Below, piece by piece: positions 1 through 9,232 of a DNA stretch of 64,000 nucleotides. Source of the stretch: Albidovulum sp. (GTDB lineage Bacteria > Pseudomonadota > Alphaproteobacteria > Rhodobacterales > Rhodobacteraceae); NCBI GenBank assembly GCA_015491895.1, contig WFVA01000024.1:3323-67322 (forward strand). Reading direction: 5' to 3'. A program made the translations under genes and the position numbers. The notes below the pieces were generated by a model, which had not been told where the DNA came from, searched no databases, and worked only from the letters and a program-made list of their open reading frames with translations. The stretch's first letter is position 1. Each line of letters begins with the position of its first letter.

Positions 1-915
1 CCGCCACGTCACCTATCGCATATACACGCCTGTTGGTGGTGCGCAGATCCCGCCCCACCACGATCCCGCCCCTGCCGTGTTCGATCCCCGCGGCTTCGAG
101 ATCGAGCCGTTCGGTATTGGGCTTTCGCCCGGCCGCGACCAGAAGATCGGTGCCGCGGAAGATGCGGCCGTCCTTCACCTCCACCTCGATCGCGCCTGCC
201 TTGCCGCGAATTTCCTTCGCCATCGCCTCTTCCTCGATGGCAATACCCTCGCCACGCAGGCGCTCGAGCACGATCGCCGCCATTTCCGGGTCATCCTTCC
301 CGAGTGCCTTCATGCCCTCGATGACCGTCACCTCGGAGCCCAGACGGCGGTGCGCCTGGGCCATCTCCATGCCGATCGGCCCGCCACCGATCACCAGGAG
401 ATGCCCGGGGCGCCCGCTTTTGGAGAAGATGGTTTCGTTGGTATCGTATGGCACTTTCCCGAGCCCCGGAACGGGTGGCACCAGCGGCGAGGATCCGGTG
501 GCGATCACGAAGCGGCGCGCCGAGATCACATGCTCCCCCGCCTGCACCTCGCGCGGCGAGATGAAGCGGCCGTATTCGCGGATCACCCGGACCCCGAGCC
601 CTTCGAAACGCTCTTCACTGTCATGCGGGGCGATGGTGGAAATGGTGCGCGCCACATGATCCCTGACGGCCGCGAAATCCACCTCGGGCTCTGCGGGCCG
701 GATCCCGAAAGACCCGCCTTCGCGCATTGCCTGTGCGTGCTTTGCCGCCGCAAGGAGCGCCTTCGAGGGCACGCAGCCGTAATTCAGGCAATCGCCGCCC
801 ATCTTGTGGCCCTCGAGCAGCACCACCCGCGCGCCCATCTGCACGGCCCCCGCCGCAAGGGAAAGCCCGCCAGAGCCCGCGCCGATGACGCAGAGATCCG
901 TTTCGATCCGTTCCA
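1..915 (-). CDS. FAD-dependent pyridine nucleotide-disulfide oxidoreductase (dihydrolipoyl dehydrogenase / mercuric-reductase-like); N-terminal ~305 codons, gene runs off the window start
   Basis: Own reverse translation from ATG 915-913: MERIETDLCVIGAGSGGLS (GxGxxG) ... LEGHKMGGDCLNYGCVPSK (class-I redox-active CxxxxC). Absent from ORF track because there is no stop in the window. TGATG overlap with the upstream gene. Confidence 0.8.
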
Positions 916-1701
916 TCAGCGGGCCCTTTGCATCTTGTTGAGGAATTTCAGCACCATCGGCATGGCCGCCAGCAGGCAGAGCCCGAGAATGGGAAAGAGG
1001 ATATGGGGCTCGAAGATCACGCCGGGATCGGGTGTCTCGCCGCGGGCAAACACCTCCGCGAGCCCCGATCCGATCGCCGTATAGACGATCGCACCCGGAA
1101 TGATCCCGAGCATGGTTGAAATCACGAAACGATGCAGCGGCACGCCCACGAGCGCCGGCACGAGATTGGCCACGAAGAACGGCACCGCCGGCACTAGGCG
1201 TATGAGAAAAAGCATCGACCACTGGTTTTCATCTATCCCCGCCTTGATCTTCCTGACCGCCCCCTCGCCCGCATCCATCCGCGCCGCGAGCTTCTCGCCG
1301 AGCCCCCGGCGAGCGGCAAGGAATATGAGCGTGGCCCCCATCGTTGCGGCGAGCACGTTGTAGGCGGTGCCGGGGAAGATCGCGAAGAGGAAGCCCCCGG
1401 TGATGGAAGCAACGGCCGCACCGGGAAGCGAAAACGCAACAATCACCGTATATATGGCGATGAAGGCGCAAACCGTCTGCAGATAATGGGCATCGCGAAA
1501 GGCCAGCAGCGCTTCCCGGTTTTCGCGCAGGGTCTCGAAGCTGAGATACTCCCGCAGGGTGAAGGCACCGATCACGGCAACAACGAGGATCACCGTCAGA
1601 GGCAATGCCCTGATGAGCGCATTTGCTACCTGTCGTTCTTCATCCATTTCGCTCTCATCGGCTCCGCTCATGGCCGCTCCTTCCGTCATCCGCCGCCCCA
1701 A
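916..1701 (-). CDS. TVP38/TMEM64 (DedA-related) family inner membrane protein
   Basis: 261-aa ORF with multiple hydrophobic helices; the FLIRLVPAVPFFVANLV motif is typical of the SNARE-associated/TVP38 family. Translationally coupled to the oxidoreductase downstream. Confidence 0.75.
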   Translation of the reverse strand: MGRRMTEGAAMSGADESEMDEERQVANALIRALPLTVILVVAVIGAFTLREYLSFETLRENREALLAFRDAHYLQTVCAFIAIYTVIVAFSLPGAAVASITGGFLFAIFPGTAYNVLAATMGATLIFLAARRGLGEKLAARMDAGEGAVRKIKAGIDENQWSMLFLIRLVPAVPFFVANLVPALVGVPLHRFVISTMLGIIPGAIVYTAIGSGLAEVFARGETPDPGVIFEPHILFPILGLCLLAAMPMVLKFLNKMQRAR

Positions 1702-1857
1702 GCAATAAATGCGCGGGCTTTCACCCCGGCGATACCCCTTTCACGGCGGCTTGAACAACAGTGAGCCATTATTTCACGCCAGGGCCGGGATGCGGCGTTC
1801 ATGAAACAGTTTTCCGTCATCTGCGCTCCACCATGTAACAATTCCCTGCCTTACGAA

Positions 1858-1886
1858 TTGACTTGCCCCCCTTCTGCCCCTAAAGG
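1858..1886 (+). promoter_or_regulatory. Putative sigma70-type promoter of rpmH-rnpA-yidD (TTGACT-N17-TAAAGG)
   Basis: Good -35 hexamer, 17-nt spacer, weak -10, about 60 nt upstream of the rpmH ATG. Pattern match only. Confidence 0.3.
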
Positions 1887-1953
1887 ACGGGCTTCGGATA
1901 TGAACAGCCTGCGAATCCGCCCGGATGCGCAGGCAAGTTGACGGAGACGGGCG

Positions 1954-2088
1954 ATGAAACGCACCTACCAACCTTCGAACCTGGTCCGCAAGCGCCGCCA
2001 CGGGTTCCGCGCACGCATGGCCACCAAGGCCGGCCGCAAGATCATCAACGCGCGCCGTGCCCGCGGACGCAAGCGCCTCTCGGCCTGA
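1954..2088 (+). CDS. rpmH: 50S ribosomal protein L34
   Basis: Own translation [44 protein letters not shown] (44 aa), the canonical L34 sequence. Too short for the ORF track. Confidence 0.95.
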   Translation: MKRTYQPSNLVRKRRHGFRARMATKAGRKIINARRARGRKRLSA

Positions 2089-2129
2089 GCCCCGTGCGCC
2101 CTGAGGGCGCCGATCAGGGAAAACGGAAA

Positions 2130-2561
2130 ATGCAACCGCCGAAAGCAACCGGGGCAGGCAATGGAGCCGAAGCCACGGAAGAGCTTGCGGCGGATTTTGC
2201 GTGTGTTCACGAAGTGGAAACGCTGCGCCAACGGGCCGATTTCCTGCGCGCCGCGCGGGCAAGGCGGGTGCATGCGCCCGGCTTCGTGCTCCAGGCCCGA
2301 AAGCGCCGGCCCGAGGAGGCCGATCCCGGGCTTGTCCGCGTCGGATTTACCTGTTCGAAGAAGGTCGGGAATGCCGTGAAGCGCAACCGCGCCAAGCGGC
2401 GCCTGCGGGCGCTGGCACGGGCCGTCCTGCCCCGACACGGCCGCCCGGGCTGGGATTACGTGCTGATCGGCCGGGCTGGCGAAACGGCCAGACGGCCCTA
2501 TATTGAAATGGAAGCCGATCTGCGCCGCGCGCTGAAAAAGATACACGAACCCCGCCGATGA
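2130..2561 (+). CDS. rnpA: Ribonuclease P protein component
   Basis: C-terminal part of ORF 1938..2561: RVGFTCSKKVGNAVKRNRAKRRLRA (RNase P protein signature), placed directly after rpmH. Start chosen at ATG 2130; an alternative start is possible. Confidence 0.85.
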   Translation: MQPPKATGAGNGAEATEELAADFACVHEVETLRQRADFLRAARARRVHAPGFVLQARKRRPEEADPGLVRVGFTCSKKVGNAVKRNRAKRRLRALARAVLPRHGRPGWDYVLIGRAGETARRPYIEMEADLRRALKKIHEPRR

Positions 2562-2830
2562 GCCCTCTTGCCCATATCCTTGCCCTGCCCGTCCGGCTCT
2601 ACAGGCTGCTCCTCTCGCCCTGGGTCGGCCATTCCTGCCGCTATCAGCCTACCTGCAGCGCCTATGCGCTCGAGGCATTCGAAAAACACGGCGCCTTCAG
2701 GGGAGCCTGGCTTGCAGCGAGGCGGATCGGGCGCTGCCACCCCTGGGGCGCCAGCGGCCATGACCCCGTTCCCCAAGCCACTGGGGCCCGGCAGGATGAT
2801 GACACACCGCCCTCCGAATCATCGCGGTAG
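2558..2830 (+). CDS. yidD: Membrane protein insertion efficiency factor YidD
   Basis: LYRLLLSPWVGHSCRYQPTCSAYALEAFEKHGAFRGAWLAARRIGRCHPWG is the YidD signature. ATGA overlap with rnpA. Confidence 0.9.
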   Translation: MSPLAHILALPVRLYRLLLSPWVGHSCRYQPTCSAYALEAFEKHGAFRGAWLAARRIGRCHPWGASGHDPVPQATGARQDDDTPPSESSR

Positions 2831-2895
2831 AGCCGAAAGCTCCGCGGCCAGGAGCATCCGCAAAAGCCCGAAAATCCCGGTTTCAGGAGCGGTTC

Positions 2896-2944
2896 AAGAA
2901 TCCACACAGCCTTTTCCGGCTTTGCAAATCCGTGTGTGATTCTT
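2896..2944 (+). terminator. Imperfect AT-rich inverted repeat followed by a T-rich run; possible terminator of the rpmH operon
   Basis: AAGAATCCACACA (2896-2908) pairs with TGTGTGATTCTT (2933-2944) with a one-base bulge and 24-nt loop, followed by CATTTT. Both arms carry a GANTC site. Confidence 0.3.
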
Positions 2945-3073
2945 CATTTTACCAAGTAATGTCAAACTGTTAAGAGATATTCAGACTCTGTAAAATTCGT
3001 ACAAACCAAAAACATTCATCAAATATTAGGCACCAGGGGTGCATGAAAACTGCATTCGGGATGGAGAGCGCGG

Positions 3074-3913
3074 ATGTCAAAAAAGATATTGCCCCCTGAG
3101 GCCATCATGCAGCCGGAAGCCAGGGATCCCCTGACCTACGCCGTCAGCCGCCGGGATCGCAATATTCTGGACATGGTGGAGAGCGCTCTGCGGCGCAAGC
3201 AGGTTATGCTGGCCTTCCAGCCGGTCATTCTGGCGCGTGGCGATAACCCGGTGGCCTTCCATGAAGGGCTGATCCGCGTGCTCGATGATACGGGGCGGAC
3301 CATCCCGGCCGCGGAATTCATCACTGTCGTCGAAGCCCATGAAACCGGGCGCATCATTGATTGTCTTGCCCTTGAATGCGGCTTTCAGGCCCTGAGCGCA
3401 GAGCCCTCGCTGCGCCTTTCGATCAACATGTCGGCCCGCTCGATCGGCTATGGGCGATGGATGAAAACCCTGCGCGAGGGGCTGGAGGAAAATCCGGGAG
3501 CCGGCGAAAGGCTCATTCTGGAAATCACCGAGACCTCGGCCATGCTGATGCCCGAACTGGTAATCAGCTTCATGGAAGAAATGCAGATGAAGGGCGTTTC
3601 CTTCGCGCTTGACGATTTCGGCGCCGGCTACACCGCCTTCCGCCATCTGCGGGATTTCTATTTCGACATCCTGAAGATTGATGGCCAGTTCATCCGCGGC
3701 ATCAGCGCCAATCCTGACAATCAGGTGCTCACCAAGGCGCTGATCGGGATCGCAAAGCAGTTTGACATGCTGAGCGTTGCCGAAAGCGTTGAAACCGTGG
3801 AAGATGTGAATTTCCTGTGCAATGCAGGGATAGACTGCCTGCAGGGCTATTACTTCGCCGCGCCAACGATCACGCCCCCGTGGCAGATGCCGCAGGCCCG
3901 CGAAACCGCCTGA
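3074..3913 (+). CDS. Stand-alone EAL-domain protein (likely c-di-GMP phosphodiesterase)
   Basis: 279 aa. EAL-family landmarks are present: FHEGLIRV (EGL variant of EAL), SINMS, EITE, DDFGAGY, KIDG, ESVE, QGYYF. No GGDEF or sensor domain. Confidence 0.85.
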   Translation: MSKKILPPEAIMQPEARDPLTYAVSRRDRNILDMVESALRRKQVMLAFQPVILARGDNPVAFHEGLIRVLDDTGRTIPAAEFITVVEAHETGRIIDCLALECGFQALSAEPSLRLSINMSARSIGYGRWMKTLREGLEENPGAGERLILEITETSAMLMPELVISFMEEMQMKGVSFALDDFGAGYTAFRHLRDFYFDILKIDGQFIRGISANPDNQVLTKALIGIAKQFDMLSVAESVETVEDVNFLCNAGIDCLQGYYFAAPTITPPWQMPQARETA

Positions 3914-4022
3914 CATTTTCGCCTCCTGTTGCTGTCGGAATGTGAAGTCCTTAAGACTTGGAGCAAATGCGGCCTCAGCATGGATCCGATGCCGCCTCCC
4001 CTCCTGGATGAAAGGACTGAAC

Positions 4023-5198
4023 ATGAAAGATGTCGTCATCATATCCGCCGCCCGTACCCCCGTCGGGAGCTTCCTTGGTTCGTTTGCCAACACGCCGGCC
4101 CATGAGCTGGGCGCCGCCGTTCTGGAGGCGCTGGTGGAGCGCGCCGGGATCGAAAAGGGCGAGGTGAGCGAAACGATCCTCGGCCAGGTTCTGCCGGCCG
4201 GCCAGGGGCAGAATCCGGCCCGCCAGGCGCATATCGCCGCCGGCCTGCCCATCGAGAGCGCCGCCTGGGGGATCAATCAGGTCTGCGGCTCGGGGTTGCG
4301 CGCCGTGGCGCTCGGTGCCCAGCATATCATGCTCGGCGATGCCGGGATCGTTGCCGCGGGCGGGCAGGAGAGCATGTCGCTCGCGCCGCATGTGGCGCAT
4401 CTGCGCTCCGGCCGGAAGATGGGTGACATGAATTTCATCGATTCCATGATCCGCGATGGGCTCTGGGATGCGTTCAACGGCTACCACATGGGCCAGACGG
4501 CCGAGAACGTGGCCGAGAAATGGCAGATCGCGCGCGAGGAGCAGGATGCCTTCGCCCTGGCCAGCCAGAACAAGGCGGAAGCGGCCCAGAAGGCCGGGAA
4601 GTTCGCGGCCGAGATCACGCCCTTCACCGTCCGATCCCGCAAGGGCGATATCGTCGTGGATCAGGATGAATATATCCGCCACGGCACGACCATCGAGGCC
4701 CTTCAGAAACTGCGCCCTGCCTTCGTGAAGGATGGCACCGTGACGGCCGGCAATGCGAGCGGCATCAATGATGGCGCCGCCGGCGTGCTTCTGATGAGCG
4801 CGAAAGAGGCCGAGAAGCGCGGCATCGAGCCTCTGGCAAGGATCGCCTCCTGGGCCACGCATGGGGTTGATCCTTCGATCATGGGTATCGGGCCGGTCGG
4901 CGCGAGCCGAAAGGCGCTCGAGAAGGCCGGCTGGAAGGTGGAGGATCTTGATCTCGTGGAAGCCAACGAGGCCTTCGCCGCGCAGGCGCTCGCCGTCAAC
5001 AAGGAGATGGGCTGGGATCCGGAGATCGTGAATGTGCACGGGGGCGCCATCGCCATCGGCCATCCGATCGGGGCATCCGGCGCACGGATCCTCAACACCC
5101 TGCTGCACGCCATGCAGGATCGGGATGCGAAGAAGGGCCTCGCCACCCTGTGCATCGGCGGCGGGATGGGTGTTGCACTTTGTGTTGAGCGTGGCTAA
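4023..5198 (+). CDS. phaA: Acetyl-CoA acetyltransferase (beta-ketothiolase)
   Basis: [17 protein letters not shown]..., [11 protein letters not shown] (active Cys), [19 protein letters not shown] thiolase signatures. Start at ATG 4023 preceded by AAAGGA. Confidence 0.9.
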   Translation: MKDVVIISAARTPVGSFLGSFANTPAHELGAAVLEALVERAGIEKGEVSETILGQVLPAGQGQNPARQAHIAAGLPIESAAWGINQVCGSGLRAVALGAQHIMLGDAGIVAAGGQESMSLAPHVAHLRSGRKMGDMNFIDSMIRDGLWDAFNGYHMGQTAENVAEKWQIAREEQDAFALASQNKAEAAQKAGKFAAEITPFTVRSRKGDIVVDQDEYIRHGTTIEALQKLRPAFVKDGTVTAGNASGINDGAAGVLLMSAKEAEKRGIEPLARIASWATHGVDPSIMGIGPVGASRKALEKAGWKVEDLDLVEANEAFAAQALAVNKEMGWDPEIVNVHGGAIAIGHPIGASGARILNTLLHAMQDRDAKKGLATLCIGGGMGVALCVERG

Positions 5199-5204
5199 AA
5201 GGAA

Positions 5205-5218
5205 TCTTGCGCGCAAGA
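5205..5218. repeat. Perfect 14-bp palindrome TCTTGCGCGCAAGA in the phaA-phaB spacer
   Basis: Read directly; TTGCGCA recurs 5 nt downstream. Function unknown (operator or small hairpin). Confidence 0.8.
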
Positions 5219-5273
5219 ATATTGCGCACACTCAGTTCAATAAGCAACTTGATTGCTTGCTCGGGAGGATCCT

Positions 5274-5996
5274 TTGGCCAGAACAGCACTCGTCACCGGT
5301 GGCACGCGTGGAATCGGCGCGGCCATCTGCAAGGCCCTGAAGGCAGCAGGCCACGATGTGGCCGCGAACTACGCCGGCAACCATGAAGCCGCCAAAGCCT
5401 TCAGCGCGGAAACCGGTATACCGGCCTACAAATGGTCGGTCGCCGATCCGGACGCCTGCATCGAGGGCATCGCCAGGGTGGAGGCCGATCTCGGCCCGAT
5501 CGACATTCTCGTGAACAACGCCGGCATCACCCGCGACGGCATGTTTCACAAGATGACCCGCGAGCAATGGCGCGAGGTGATCGACACCAATCTCAATGGC
5601 CTGTTCAACATGACCCATCCAATCTGGCCGGGCATGCGGGAGCGCAGGTTCGGCCGGGTGATCAACATCTCCTCGATAAACGGGCAGAAGGGGCAGGTGG
5701 GCCAGGTGAACTATTCCGCCGCAAAGGCAGGTGATCTCGGCTTCACCAAGGCGCTGGCGCAGGAAGGCGCCCGCTTCGGCATCACGGTAAACGCAATCTG
5801 CCCCGGCTATATCGCCACCGAGATGGTCATGGCGGTGCCGGAAAAGGTGCGCGAGGCGATCATCTCCCAGATCCCCGTGGGCCGGCTCGGCGAGCCGGAA
5901 GAGATCGCGCGCTGCGTGGCCTTTCTCGCCGCCGATGAAGCCGGGTTCATCACCGGCTCCACCCTCACCGCCAATGGTGGACAATACATGATCTGA
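5274..5996 (+). CDS. phaB: Acetoacetyl-CoA reductase (SDR)
   Basis: ARTALVTGGTRGIGAAI, NNAG, YSAAKAG motifs; follows phaA. TTG 5274 chosen because GGGAGGA lies 5 nt upstream; the longest ORF starts at 5253. Confidence 0.9.
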   Translation: MARTALVTGGTRGIGAAICKALKAAGHDVAANYAGNHEAAKAFSAETGIPAYKWSVADPDACIEGIARVEADLGPIDILVNNAGITRDGMFHKMTREQWREVIDTNLNGLFNMTHPIWPGMRERRFGRVINISSINGQKGQVGQVNYSAAKAGDLGFTKALAQEGARFGITVNAICPGYIATEMVMAVPEKVREAIISQIPVGRLGEPEEIARCVAFLAADEAGFITGSTLTANGGQYMI

Positions 5997-6026
5997 TCCC
6001 CATGATGCCCCGCAAACGGAGGCGTC

Positions 6027-6887
6027 ATGCAGGATCGGAAAGCCACCATCGCCGGGCTGGCCGCCATCGGGCTCTGGGCCATGCTGGCGCTTCTGACAGT
6101 AGCCACGGCGCCGGTGCCCCCCTTCCAGCTTGCCGCCATATGCTTTGCCATCGCGGCGGGGCTCGGCGCATTCATCGTCTGGCAAAACGGCACGCTCGGG
6201 GAGCTGCGGGCAATCCCCTGGAAGGTGATCGCCTTCGGCACTGCGGGGCTGTTTGGCTATCATGCGCTCTATTTCTCCGCCCTGCGGCTCGCTCCTCCGG
6301 CCGAGGCGGGGCTCATTGCCTATCTCTGGCCGCTGCTTATCGTGCTCTTTTCCGGCCTTTTACCGGGTGTCAGGCTGCGCGCGGCCCATGTCATTGGCGC
6401 TCTGGCAGGCTTTGCCGGCGCCGCGCTGCTTGTGGCTGACAAGCTCGGCGGTTTTGCCGGCACAGCCCTGCCCGGCTATGGCCTTGCGCTTCTCTGTGCC
6501 TTCACATGGGCGGGCTATTCGGTGCTTTCACGGCCCTTGGGCAAAGTGCCCACCTCCAGCGTGACCCTCTACTGCGCCGCCACGGCCCTGCTCTCCCTGA
6601 TCGCGCATTCATTGCTGGAGCAGACAGCCTGGCCGCTCTCCCCTCTCGGATGGCTTGCCATGCTCGCCCTCGGCCTCGGCCCGGTCGGGCTGGCGTTCTA
6701 TCTGTGGGATCACGCCATGAAACGGGGCGACATACAGCTCCTGGGCGTCGCCAGCTACGCCGCCCCCCTGATTTCAACGGCAATCCTCGTGATCGCAGGC
6801 ATGGCCGAGCCGAACTGGCGCCTCGCCGTGGCTGCGCTGCTGATCACCGGCGGCGCCCTTTTCGCGGCGCGCGCCGGGCGTTCATGA
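6027..6887 (+). CDS. DMT-superfamily (EamA-like) transporter
   Basis: 286 aa with about 10 hydrophobic helices and two EamA-like halves. Confidence 0.8.
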   Translation: MQDRKATIAGLAAIGLWAMLALLTVATAPVPPFQLAAICFAIAAGLGAFIVWQNGTLGELRAIPWKVIAFGTAGLFGYHALYFSALRLAPPAEAGLIAYLWPLLIVLFSGLLPGVRLRAAHVIGALAGFAGAALLVADKLGGFAGTALPGYGLALLCAFTWAGYSVLSRPLGKVPTSSVTLYCAATALLSLIAHSLLEQTAWPLSPLGWLAMLALGLGPVGLAFYLWDHAMKRGDIQLLGVASYAAPLISTAILVIAGMAEPNWRLAVAALLITGGALFAARAGRS

Positions 6888-6895
6888 GGCTTCGT

Positions 6896-7063
6896 TCAGC
6901 CGCCGGAAAGGCGGGTGATCTCCTCCTTGAGCCTCAGTTTCTGCTTTTTCATTTCAGCGATCTGGAGATCGTCCACCCCCGGGCTGCGCTGGGCCTTTTC
7001 GACCTGCTCGGAAAGCTTCTGGTGTTTCCTGCGGAGTTCCTGAAGGTGCGAACTCAAGGTCAT
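6896..7063 (-). CDS. DUF465 (YdcH-like) small coiled-coil protein
   Basis: Own translation MTLSSHLQELRRKHQKLSEQVEKAQRSPGVDDLQIAEMKKQKLRLKEEITRLSGG (55 aa). GGAGGA lies 7 nt upstream of the ATG. Below the ORF-track length cutoff. Confidence 0.7.
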   Translation of the reverse strand: MTLSSHLQELRRKHQKLSEQVEKAQRSPGVDDLQIAEMKKQKLRLKEEITRLSGG

Positions 7064-7173
7064 TCCTGTTCCTCCTGTGCTGAATACCCCACATCAGGAG
7101 TGCACCATAAAAATCCCGGTTTGTCACGGGTGAAGGCACGGAATGGCGGCCATTTTCCCGCCGCCGTAAGGGA

Positions 7174-7938
7174 TCAGTCCGGATCCGGCAGCAAGGGGCG
7201 GCCCTCGCGAAGCACCCCGCGCAGGTGGGGGGTGTAGCTTTCCCAATCTCCGGCATGGGCATCGCCCTCATGCATGATGACGGGCGCATGAAGGCGAAAA
7301 TCGGCCCGCCCACCCTTTCTTGCGCGCAGGATGAAGCGCCCCGCTTCGCGCCCGGCACGGGGGGCAATCGGGAATATCTCCACGCTGCCGAGCCGGGCTG
7401 AAACGGCCTCCAGAAACTCCGGCAAACGGCTCGTGTGCAGGATCGCTGTCAGATACCCGCTCGGCAGCAGGCGGCGGGAGGCCGCTGCCGCCCAATCGGC
7501 CAAAGCCGCCTCGCCGGCAAAGGCTATCTCCCGCCCTTCGTCTCGCGCGGGGCTTCTGGCAACCGATCTGTGATAGGGCGGGTTGGCGATCACGTGATCG
7601 AAGCGCCGCGCGCGAAGGGCGCTCGGCATGGCGCGAAGATCGCCCTCATGCACATCCAGCCTCATCGCATTGGCCTCGGCGTTCTGCCGCGCCAGATCCG
7701 CATATTCCGGCTGGATTTCCAACCCCGCCACATCAAGCCCCGCCACGCGCGCCATCAGGCATAGGCTGGCAACACCGGCCCCGCAGCCAAGCTCCAGCAC
7801 GCTCTGCCCCGCGCGCGCCGGCACGCTTGCCGCGAGAAGCACCGGATCCACACCGGCCCGGTAGCCCTTCTTCGGCTGCAGGATCCTGAGCCGCCCGCCG
7901 AGAAATTCGTCACGGGTGAGCATGTCGGGCGCAAACAT
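7174..7938 (-). CDS. SAM-dependent methyltransferase, tRNA1(Val) m6A37 (TrmN6/YfiC)-like
   Basis: LELGCGAGVASL (SAM motif I) and VIANPPYH (NPPY amino-methyltransferase motif). Confidence 0.75.
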   Translation of the reverse strand: MFAPDMLTRDEFLGGRLRILQPKKGYRAGVDPVLLAASVPARAGQSVLELGCGAGVASLCLMARVAGLDVAGLEIQPEYADLARQNAEANAMRLDVHEGDLRAMPSALRARRFDHVIANPPYHRSVARSPARDEGREIAFAGEAALADWAAAASRRLLPSGYLTAILHTSRLPEFLEAVSARLGSVEIFPIAPRAGREAGRFILRARKGGRADFRLHAPVIMHEGDAHAGDWESYTPHLRGVLREGRPLLPDPD

Positions 7939-7941
7939 GCC

Positions 7942-8157
7942 TCATCCCTCCCTGGGAATGCCGTTATCATCGAGAATGATCCGGGCCCGCCACAGATCGC
8001 CATCGCGCACCATGAGCCGGCGGGGCAGAATGCCGATCGAGCCTTCGAGAATGCTCATGTTTACGTCCAGTTCGAAGCAGTCTATACCCTCGCCCTGAAG
8101 CAGCGCCTTGGCATGAGCCATGCGGGTGATGTCATTCGTGCGCAGCAGTTCCTTCAT
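7942..8157 (-). CDS. DUF2007-domain small protein
   Basis: MKELLRTNDITRMAHAKALLQGEGIDCFELDVNMS... (71 aa) from the 3' part of ORF 7942..8487. Ends 3 nt before the methyltransferase start. The upstream part of that ORF overlaps the divergent ispB-like leader. Confidence 0.65.
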   Translation of the reverse strand: MKELLRTNDITRMAHAKALLQGEGIDCFELDVNMSILEGSIGILPRRLMVRDGDLWRARIILDDNGIPREG

Positions 8158-8205
8158 GCCACCAGACATAGGGCGTTTGGCATGGGTTTGTCGAGGCAAC
8201 CACAT

Positions 8206-9210
8206 ATGGAGAGCGGGATCGTGGATAGTGCTGTCAGGCCGCACGAAATTCTGAGCCATCACCTCGCCGACGACATGGAAGCCGTCAATGCGCTGATCCG
8301 CGAGCGCATGGCCTCGCGCCATGCGCCGCGCATCCCGGAAGTGACGCGCCATCTCGTCGAGGCCGGCGGCAAGCGCCTGCGTCCGCTCCTCACCCTCGCT
8401 TCGGCGCGGCTCTGCGGCTACGGCGGGCCTTACCACGTGCACCTTGCCGCCACCGTGGAATTCATCCACACCGCCACGCTCCTGCATGACGATGTGGTGG
8501 ATGAAAGCGAAAGGCGCCGGGGCCGGCCCACCGCGAATCTCCTGTGGGACAACAAATCAAGCGTCCTCGTGGGCGATTACCTGTTTTCACGCAGCTTCCA
8601 GCTGATGGTGGAAACGGGTTCGCTCGAAGTCCTTGATATCCTCGCCAACGCGAGCGCCACCATTGCCGAGGGCGAGGTGCTCCAGCTGACGGCGGCGCAG
8701 GATCTTCGCACCGACGAAGCCACCTACCTGCAGATCATCCGCGGCAAGACGGCCGCCCTCTTTGCCGCCGCCACCGAAGTGGGGGGCGTGATCGCCGGCG
8801 CCGATGCGGCCACCGTGAAGGCGCTTCGCGATTTCGGCGATGCGCTCGGAATCAGTTTCCAGATCGTCGATGATCTGCTCGATTACTGGGGCACGAGCAG
8901 CATCGGCAAGAACCGGGGCGATGATTTCCGCGAGCGCAAGCTCACGCTGCCTCTGATCAAGGCCGTGGCCGGCGCGGATGAGGAAGAGCGCTCCTTCTGG
9001 GTGCGGGTAATCGAAAAGGGCGATCAGCGCGAAGGCGATCTGGAGCGCGCGCTGGTGCTGCTTGAAAAGCACGGCGCTCTTGAAAGCACCCGCGCCGAGG
9101 CGCTTGCCTGGGCCGCGCGCGCGAGAGACTCTCTTTCCCGCCTGCCCGAAGGCCCGATCCGCCCCATGCTCGAAAATCTCACCGATTACGTCGTTGCCCG
9201 GCTGAACTGA
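8206..9210 (+). CDS. ispB: Long-chain polyprenyl diphosphate synthase (ubiquinone side chain; IspB/Dds family)
   Basis: Both aspartate-rich motifs are present: LLHDDVVDESERRRG and QIVDDLLDY. Start at ATG 8206. Confidence 0.85.
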   Translation: MESGIVDSAVRPHEILSHHLADDMEAVNALIRERMASRHAPRIPEVTRHLVEAGGKRLRPLLTLASARLCGYGGPYHVHLAATVEFIHTATLLHDDVVDESERRRGRPTANLLWDNKSSVLVGDYLFSRSFQLMVETGSLEVLDILANASATIAEGEVLQLTAAQDLRTDEATYLQIIRGKTAALFAAATEVGGVIAGADAATVKALRDFGDALGISFQIVDDLLDYWGTSSIGKNRGDDFRERKLTLPLIKAVAGADEEERSFWVRVIEKGDQREGDLERALVLLEKHGALESTRAEALAWAARARDSLSRLPEGPIRPMLENLTDYVVARLN

Positions 9211-9232
9211 AGCCGAAGCTGCGGGCATTCAT

